This document shows, piece by piece, positions 56,001 to 64,000 of a stretch of 64,000 bases of DNA; position 1 is the stretch's first letter; each line of letters begins with the position of its first letter. The notes below the pieces were generated by a model, which was given only the letters and a program-made list of their open reading frames with translations, made no database searches and had not been told where the DNA came from. The translations under genes and the position numbers were made by a program. The stretch comes from Setoptus koraiensis. Taxonomy: Eukaryota; Animalia; Arthropoda. The stretch covers positions 11,160,001 through 11,224,000 of the forward strand of contig CM106585.1 in the NCBI GenBank assembly GCA_048013815.1. Reading direction: 5' to 3'.

Positions 56001-57956
56001 GCTCCGGCTGCCGCCATTCGTCTTGCGCCTGTGCCTTGCCAACGGCCGACTGACCAGTGGCCAGCGAGCGAGCGAGCAGTACCTGTTTATCGTCGTTTGT
56101 TAAACGACGATAAACAGGCGGCATTTTTGTCAATCGGGCCGGCCGATCATGTGTGCCGCACCGCCGCCAGGTTGTAATGTTGTGTGTCCACGCACACACA
56201 TTCATGCACCGTCCGGGCAGCGTGCACCACTGATGCAGCGTCAGCATTGGCATGAGCACCGTGGCCAGCGAGATGCGCCAATAGCAGCAGAATAGCAGCC
56301 CTCGGAATATGCAGCCAAATTCAAGCCAGCCCACATGACACTGTACACACAACATGGCGCATCACGCAACCGCATAAACAAACAAATCAACACCCTGCGA
56401 TTGCATGCTCACTGTCAAGTGCAACACCCAGCGGCAACTGGCACACGAGTCTCCATCGCTCGACTCGATCCATCGCCATTGCTGCTGGCATGCAAATAAC
56501 TGGCCAGCGACAAGTTTGCGTCCCGACTTTGCGCTGCCAACGTTCCAAACCTCACAGTCCGAAGTGAGTTGTGTTGGCCCGAGCAAACGTTGCCGACGGC
56601 GACCAATAACAATACCGATCGCCGGTCGGCGGGGTCACGCGGGCTCGCAATCTGGCGGCGCACTTTCGATCGAACCTGGGCCATCTCTGGCCCTCGTCGG
56701 CGCACGCCACGAGCCAGCTGACCGGTCTGCATACTCACATTTGTATGTTTGTGTTTATTCCTTTTGCCAACTATGCCGTTTGGTCGCTGGCCAGCGAGCT
56801 GTCTGCGGCTACAATGTGACCCATGTTACATGTCGCCAGATCGCTGTCACAAAATGGACGCTCGTTGTTTCATAACAATCACTAACAGGCAGCAAACTTT
56901 CGCCTGCAAATGTCGACTGCCGCCGGAGTGCACGATTGTCTTGGCACAGAGCGTGCACCAGCGCGCAAGTGGTGCACGCTTAGTGGCTGCATCGCGTTGC
57001 ATTACTGGCGACTCGCGGCTGTGCACTCGGTGCGGATAGAGTTGGCCGTAGAGTGCGCACCGTTTGCGTTGTGCTGCGTTGTCCAGCCTGCAGCGAGCGA
57101 ACCACTGCGGACCATTGTAATTGGCAAACATTCGGACTCACAAGTCACAGTCAGAGGCTCATGCGCGCCAGTCTGTGCCGAATGGTGCAGCTCTCACGGT
57201 GCGAGTGTGCGGGCGGGGGAAAGAAGTGAGTCACGACGCAGGCGAGTCTCCTGTTACACACTCTTGTGCTCTCACACAGCACAGTGCAGCAAAAGTCGCC
57301 ATTGGCCCACACACTTTGTTATAGGTGCGCACTGCTCTGCACCGAGTGTGTGAATACAGGGACAAACTGTGCGCACAGAGCGCAAAGCGAGCGTGTGTGT
57401 GTGTGTGTGTGTGTTGTATAGGCCGCGGCTGCCTGTTGCAGGGGGCGAGCGAGAGAGCGCGACGTGTGCAGTCGCGATCGGAGCTTCAGTGTGTTAACGT
57501 CGCGCCGCGTTGACGATGCCCAACCAACTCAATCAAACAACAACAATAGTGACTCAGATACGCGATATATTTAAATTTAAATAATACTCCAACACACCAC
57601 ATATCCAGTACACAATTGCCAGTGCCCATCCACTTATCCAGATACAATTATCCAGATATTCTTGTGCTCACACAGATACACTTGTACGTATATAATTCCA
57701 ACATTAGGCACGGACACGAACCCAATCAGCGACCGCTCGCCGGCCACCATCACATATCATCGCACCGTCGCACCACCGCACCATTTCACCATTTCACCGT
57801 CGCACCGCCGCACCGCCGCACCGTCGCATCATCTCAGCAGCGTGTCAGTAGCGTGCCAGTATCATAGTATCTCAGCAGTATAAATAGCAGTATCATAATA
57901 AATATCATACATCAATATCAATCAACATTGTCGACCGCAACGCCAGCGCCCACAAC

Positions 57957-59468
57957 ATGGTGGTGAAAGAGGAAGATCTCGAGATCGATATTGGCGACAT
58001 GGCCAGCTACGAGCTCAACGACGACGACAACGACGACGAGCTCGACCTGGACGACCCAAAGCTAATGCATCGCCACTATCACGCCAGCCAGGCCAGCGGC
58101 CAGCATCATCGACACCACAATTTAATTAGTTCGTCCTCGCCGGCAACACCGCCAAACAGCAACGGTAGCATGATGACCAACGGAAGCAGTAGTGGCAGCA
58201 GCAGTGGTAATAGCATATTTATTTGTAGCTATTGTGATAGACCCTTCAAACACAAACGCAGCAGAGACCGTCATCTCAAATTACACACAGGTGATAAGCG
58301 ATACAAATGTCCGCACTGTCCTTGCGCCTTCTCTCGCAGCGACCATCTCAAGATACATCTCAAGACTCACGATCACAGAAAACCATTCCAATGTAATATT
58401 TGTAATAGGGGCTACAATACGGCCGCGGCGCTCACCTCTCACATGCAATCTCACAAGAGGCCACCATTGGCCATCACAAATCAAACAAGTCTGGCCATCG
58501 CAGCTAATCAGCACCATCAGCTTTCGGCGGCCTCCGTTCCGCAGCACCATCAGCACAACAGCAACAACAACAACAACAGCACCAACAACAACAACGATAA
58601 CAACAGCGGAAACAACAACAACAACAACAGTACACAAAACAACAACAATCATGATAACAAAAATTCTCTACTATTGCAAACGGCAACAACAAATGACCAG
58701 TTGTCGGCGCCATCGTCGCCCGCCTCAACAAATCATCATTATCACCAGCGCCCCGACAACAGCCGATCGCCAACATTAAACGTGGATAGTCACCATCATC
58801 TACAATCGCTAAACATCAATACGACAACAACCAACCAAACAAACAATAATAATAGCAGCCCTACCAAACAATCCAAACTTGAACTACAACACCTATTACT
58901 CCAGCAACAGCAACAACAAAGACAACAACAGCATCAACACCAAATACAACAACAACAATTATATCACAGTTTACAAATGCATCAACATCACCAGCTAACT
59001 GCTGCGTCACCCTTGGCTAGTCTCATGGCGGCTCAACATACCGCCAATGGTCAACATCAACAGCATGAGCTTGCTATTCAACAATTATTACAACATCAAT
59101 CGGCCATGGGACAATTGTTTCAAACGTCTCAGCAGCCGCCTATTATTCCTAGCACTATACCAAATCCAGCAACAAATACTACTAATGTGGCCTCGGTTGG
59201 ATCGGCCAGCGTTGCCGCGGCCAATCACTATCAAAACTATATACAGCAGTTAATACAGCAACAGGCTCTTGCCTCAGCTTTACAGCAACAACAACCGCCG
59301 GCCCCAACTGGACCACCACCGCCGCCACCTCCTCAAGCGTTGTCATCGCCAGTATTAGCATCAATGTTTGCACAACATCAGCAACAACAACAGTCTCAAT
59401 CTAATCAGTTCTTGTTAGCGGCACAATTTGTAGCATTACTATCGCAACTATATCAAGTCAATTCTTGA
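57957..59468 (+). CDS. C2H2 zinc-finger protein, ZNF423/ZNF521/Oaz-like but with only three fingers plus an N/Q/H-rich tail (503 aa)
   Basis: [49 protein letters not shown]...[26 protein letters not shown] is almost identical to the N-terminal finger cluster of ZNF423/Oaz ([20 protein letters not shown]...[15 protein letters not shown]). Good Kozak context (ACAACATGG). Confidence 0.85.
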   Translation: MVVKEEDLEIDIGDMASYELNDDDNDDELDLDDPKLMHRHYHASQASGQHHRHHNLISSSSPATPPNSNGSMMTNGSSSGSSSGNSIFICSYCDRPFKHKRSRDRHLKLHTGDKRYKCPHCPCAFSRSDHLKIHLKTHDHRKPFQCNICNRGYNTAAALTSHMQSHKRPPLAITNQTSLAIAANQHHQLSAASVPQHHQHNSNNNNNSTNNNNDNNSGNNNNNNSTQNNNNHDNKNSLLLQTATTNDQLSAPSSPASTNHHYHQRPDNSRSPTLNVDSHHHLQSLNINTTTTNQTNNNNSSPTKQSKLELQHLLLQQQQQQRQQQHQHQIQQQQLYHSLQMHQHHQLTAASPLASLMAAQHTANGQHQQHELAIQQLLQHQSAMGQLFQTSQQPPIIPSTIPNPATNTTNVASVGSASVAAANHYQNYIQQLIQQQALASALQQQQPPAPTGPPPPPPPQALSSPVLASMFAQHQQQQQSQSNQFLLAAQFVALLSQLYQVNS

Positions 59469-60045
59469 TAGCCTATAGTGTTAACCAATAACACTTTTAT
59501 AAATTTCAGTATTTACATGGATAATTTCGAGATTGATTCTTGGAACATCATACCATGATTAAATAAAAATAAAGTAAAGGGCTCGTTCCCAGATATATAG
59601 ATAGTATTTCAAATCGTGAAGTTCTGAGGTGCCATCACTTTGAGTTGTTCAAATCTCTCTATATTTTCTATAGTAACTTATATTCCTACACCTAACATTG
59701 GTCTCTATTGAGTGCTGATCGCTTTCACTTGGGCGATGTGATTAGTTAGTCTTGATAAAATCTACTAGACGATATTTCAATTTATATATGTACTTCATAA
59801 TATACTTTATGTATGTAGTGTCCCGAAATGCTAAACAATAGATTCAAGGGAAATATAAAATTTGTCTTCATCCTCGTCAATGAGGGACTATATTATTATT
59901 TACATATTGTATTGGATATCATATTCTGGTTGATATGTCGACTCGAAAGATGATAAGATCTGTCACCAGTGAATGAACAACCTATATGTACAAAAGATGG
60001 TCCATTCGCTAACCTACCCGTATATATGTTTACAAGAGTCCTGTC

Positions 60046-61852
60046 TCAGCAAGCTCTATTTTGGTCTGCCATGTAATCCGTGTTACTCAACCTGAGAATT
60101 TCCTCGCATACGTTCTTGTAATTCCAAGCGTCACCTCGGATCCTCTTGCGCTGAATAGCACACTGATCATTGAATTTACACACCTCCAAAGTGAATTGCA
60201 AGGAATCGGTTGCACACTTGAGTGAAAAGTCTTTCCTCTTGCATTTGAATCCTTTCTTTACTAGAGCTTGATTGAAGTGCTCCAAACAGAGATTCGGGTC
60301 TACATAAGATGTCAGTGTTATGTTCATTATTGGATCGTTCTGTTCCAATAAGATCTTTCTTGGTTGTTTCAATCTTGAGGGAGTCGCAGACTCTAGAATT
60401 CGTTTCATGATAGATTTCTTAGGAGTTGGCTCGTATATGAAAGCTGACATCCTATCGTCTGAATTAGGAGTCGTTGTCCTCAAAGGTGTGATAGCAGCAA
60501 ATGGTCTCTTCTTTTTAGATGGTGAACATTCAACACTAGCCGGGACCTTCTTTTCTTCGATTGCTTCGAAAGCTATCCGTTTGGCTACAGCTCTTCGTTT
60601 GCTGGGTGAAGAAGATAAATCAGCTATAGACATCTTGTTATCCGGTTGGATTTGAGCAATAGTCCGTTTGTTGGGAGAGTTTCTAATGACAGCAGTCTTG
60701 CCACCTGTAAGACATGGCCGCCTCGGAACTACGGGTGGAGTTCTCTTTACCAATGGCGGCGTTCTAGTGACCAAGACTGGTCTTCTGTACTGTCTTCTCT
60801 CGGTATTGACCGGTTCTTTCAATGGTGTCACTACATCCATTGGCTGGGGTATTCTAGTTTCTGGCTTTTTGTTGTTTATTTACCTGGTATCTTGTGTTTG
60901 GTGGAACTATTCTCGGCGTAATAGTCGGGGCTGGGATCCTACTAATTACATTCTGCTCTATAGCCTCCAAAGCTGCTGGTTGGCGCTCTCTGTTACTAGG
61001 TTGAGCGAAGTTCTTGGGGACCCTTGATTTGATCCAAGGATGGAACAGAACTTCAGGTACAGTTATACGCTTGGAGGGATCAACTGTGAGCATACGTCTT
61101 ATGAGGTCGCTTGCTTCCGGAGATAAATGAGGTGGCAGTGTCTTGATTCCTCTTTGGATTTGTTGATATAATTTGGTGATACTGTTGTCATTGAATGGTA
61201 ATTGTCCGACTAGTAATGCGTACAGCATCACTCCGGCTGACCAAACATCAACAGCTGGGCCCGAGTAAGCACGACCAGAAATCAGTTCCGGCGCTGCATA
61301 AGTGACGCTTCCGCAACATGTACGCAATTGATCGAGTGAGTTGCCCGTAAATTTAGATGAGCAGTTAGCTGCCAGGCCAAAATCTATGAGTTTTATGCTA
61401 TGCTTATCATCAAATAATACATTCTCTGGCTTGAGATCACGATGAGCAAAACCATGCAAATGAATAAATTCCAAAACTCGCATCAAATCGTTAATAATCA
61501 AGGCTGATTCATCTTCTTCCAATCTAGATTTGCTGACAATGTAGTCAAATAGTTCTCCACCTGCACAATATTCCAACACTAGATAGATTGTGGTATCCGA
61601 TTCATACACATCCAACAGTTGCGCTATATTCTTATGTTGCAACTTGTTGAGGCACTCAATTTCATTGTATATCCTTGGTAGCTCACTTCCTACTTTCGAC
61701 TTGTCGATACATTTGATAGCCACCTTCTGACTAGTGGCCAGATGAGTGCCAAGTCTCACTTTGGCGAATCCTCCTTCACCAAGTTTTGTGGCGTGCATAT
61801 AATAATAGTTAGTGATAGGAACGCCTTTCTGTATCGTTGTTTTGGACTTCAT
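60046..61852 (-). CDS. MELK: Maternal embryonic leucine zipper kinase (AMPK-related Ser/Thr kinase with KA1 domain), about 588 aa; exons 61852-60884 and 60843-60046 (the 40-nt junction is uncertain)
   Basis: LGEGGFAKV, VAIK, LEYCAGGELFDYI, HRDLKPEN, DFG, TCCGS..YAAPELISG..Y.G..VDVWS. TP-rich linker. KA1 with QFTLEVC...RKRIRGDAWNYK..CEEIL. Confidence 0.9.
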
Positions 61853-62403
61853 TGATGATGATGAGATTATCCACTAATAATTGAATAAGCTTTCATATAT
61901 GTTCATGTAAACCTTTGTTGGTGTTGAAATAAAATTCCATATATTTTAAGTATGCCAATAGTAGAAAAGTCTCTCTTTCTTTGATTATCTGACAGAAGAC
62001 AGCATGATATAATGAAATAAATAAATGATGCACGTACAAAAATGATGTAAAACTCTATCATAGCGAGGAAAACATTGAAGCGCCGCCCTGGCGGATTTTT
62101 CTGAAATTAAGTGTAAGTAAAACGGTTTTTCACTAGAGAAACAGCATATTCGTTGGAGACGCGTGCTCAAACCCGTGAGGGCGGTTCCAACTAAAAGACC
62201 AAGAAAGTGCCGGTGTTGTCGTTGGTTAGCAAACCTACCATGCATCATTAGAGGGCCTTCGATAGCTTCTTGATCCTTAATTAATGAGAGTTAGGCCTAC
62301 TGGTATACAAATGACAGTTGGTCGAGGAGCGACAAATCCCGCCGACGGTTAATTTAGTGTCACCTGCCTCGCACCGATGTCCCATTGAACCAGATCTGGC
62401 AAC

Positions 62404-62447
62404 AGCGCAAAATTCAAATCGAATTTGATTTTTTTGAATTTTGCGCT
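62404..62447. promoter_or_regulatory. 15-bp inverted repeat upstream of MELK; each arm reads GCGC-N4-TTCAAA (CDE/CHR-like)
   Basis: AGCGCAAAATTCAAA (62404-62418) / TTTGAATTTTGCGCT (62433-62447). The repeat is seen directly; the regulatory role is inferred. Confidence 0.45.
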
Positions 62448-62740
62448 ATGTCCGAGAAGTGTCCGCGCGAGACCAAATTTATATGACAACAACAAGTTTG
62501 TCTCACAATCGCTCTCATCAGCTTACGTTGTTACATAATTTTGTGCATATGTGAGACATAAATCAATTGTAATTAGAGAATAAGATGCCCGAATGGCTTC
62601 CTTTCAACAAGGATAGACCTCACTGTCCAGCTTGCACTTGTCGCCCGTAGAGTCTTTTGGAAATCAATAGTGATTTATTCATGAAACAACTCGCAATTGA
62701 TACTCTCAATAGACGATAGGGGGTGCTAGCAAGCTGCGCG

Positions 62741-63240
62741 NNNNNNNNNNNNNNNNNNNNNNNNNNNNNNNNNNNNNNNNNNNNNNNNNNNNNNNNNNNN
62801 NNNNNNNNNNNNNNNNNNNNNNNNNNNNNNNNNNNNNNNNNNNNNNNNNNNNNNNNNNNNNNNNNNNNNNNNNNNNNNNNNNNNNNNNNNNNNNNNNNNN
62901 NNNNNNNNNNNNNNNNNNNNNNNNNNNNNNNNNNNNNNNNNNNNNNNNNNNNNNNNNNNNNNNNNNNNNNNNNNNNNNNNNNNNNNNNNNNNNNNNNNNN
63001 NNNNNNNNNNNNNNNNNNNNNNNNNNNNNNNNNNNNNNNNNNNNNNNNNNNNNNNNNNNNNNNNNNNNNNNNNNNNNNNNNNNNNNNNNNNNNNNNNNNN
63101 NNNNNNNNNNNNNNNNNNNNNNNNNNNNNNNNNNNNNNNNNNNNNNNNNNNNNNNNNNNNNNNNNNNNNNNNNNNNNNNNNNNNNNNNNNNNNNNNNNNN
63201 NNNNNNNNNNNNNNNNNNNNNNNNNNNNNNNNNNNNNNNN
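62741..63240. other. Assembly gap (500 N)
   Basis: Run of N; the round length suggests a placeholder size. Confidence 0.99.
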
Positions 63241-63647
63241 CTCCGTCGTCGCTCCCGCGACGACTGCGTGCGACGGGAACCCTTCGGGTAGGTTTGATGA
63301 GCGCTTCGGGTATCGGGCTGCGCCCTCTACCCTCCGCTCACATGACTGCAAACCATAGACGAGAGTAAGAGACAAGAAGAAAAGTTGAAAGCCTCGGAAC
63401 ATGATTCAAGCGCTTCGACGACTTGTGTGGCGACATGTCTGAGCCTCTTGGCGCACGTATTTTCTCGTGCGCGCGAATATTTCGTCCCGGGCGGAATACC
63501 CGCGCGGTTTTTCCTGAATATCTCTGGAACCGGAAGTCGCACAGGCATGAAATGGACTACATTGTACTGAGAATGACTGTAGTCTGCTGCATACCAAGTT
63601 TCATGTCTCTAGCTCGAAGTTGAAGCTAAAACCGGAAGGAGTAATTT

Positions 63648-63998
63648 CTACACTTCCGGTCTAGAAGAATCGTCATCAGGGGCCTCTAGAGTACCCACAT
63701 GGTGAGTTTCGTGGTGATCTGATGGGTGCCCACTTCGCAAGAACACCCCAAGTATCTCTGAACAGTTGGGTAGAATGTTGAACTTAAGCATTTTCTTCAA
63801 GTTCGAGTCTTTGTCCTCAAATAATAGTTCGATTTGTTGTTTGATAAGTGTACCTTCGCCGCCGTTGAATGGTGTTGCTACAATAAGACAAGGTTCTCTG
63901 GGTTTGTTGGTGTTCTGTAGTATGTGGCCGAATTCGGGCAAGAGTGTGAGGTGTGCAGCGCAATCGTTTATAATACTCGCTTCACGGTTTCCTATGTT
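63648..63998 (-). mobile_element. Possible retropepsin-like (LTR retrotransposon protease) fragment, open to the window edge
   Basis: IINDCAAHLTLL resembles a degenerate D[ST]GA..[ST]++ active site, and FNILPNCSEILG..L resembles the distal F.+.....ILG.DFL motif. It lies next to an assembly gap. Weak similarity only. Confidence 0.3.
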
Positions 63999-64000
63999 GC

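Noticed and set aside
10320-57900. Hundreds of 60-475 aa ORF-track entries rich in poly-Q/C/L/V/T/N or HTHT/CVCV (e.g. 31068-32495, 32598-33677, 43298-44098, 52231-53010)
   Set aside because: They are translations of CAA/CAG/GTT and CA microsatellites in GC-rich, stop-poor DNA. They overlap in several frames, have no domain signatures, and many lie in the ENaC introns.
62620-63402. ORFs spanning the N run
   Set aside because: Artefacts of translating through the assembly gap.

Overview
Eukaryotic (animal) genomic DNA. Intron-poor, compact genes point to an arthropod, plausibly an acariform mite (inference only). There are three compartments. (1) About 0.5-8.3 kb is an AT-rich, gene-dense housekeeping block: an APC16-like small ORF overlapping SRP9, NDUFV1 and SDHB head-to-head, an RMDN1-like TPR protein, DBF4 and RPL27. 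(2) About 10-59.5 kb is GC/CpG-rich and full of micro- and minisatellites. Almost all ORF-track entries here are low-complexity artefacts, but by hand I could assemble a 3-exon secreted-type protein gene (21430-23094), a 6-exon DEG/ENaC (pickpocket-like) channel gene spread over 26 kb (24726-50995) and a short ZNF423/Oaz-like C2H2 gene (57957-59468). (3) About 59.5-64 kb is AT-rich again, with MELK, a 500-N scaffold gap and a possible retroelement fragment. The most striking observation is that NDUFV1 (complex I) and SDHB (complex II) share a homologous promoter/5'UTR/mitochondrial presequence cassette arranged as an inverted duplication. No tRNA, rRNA or CRISPR array was recognised. All alignments and counts were done by eye, and family comparisons come from memory of the reference proteins.
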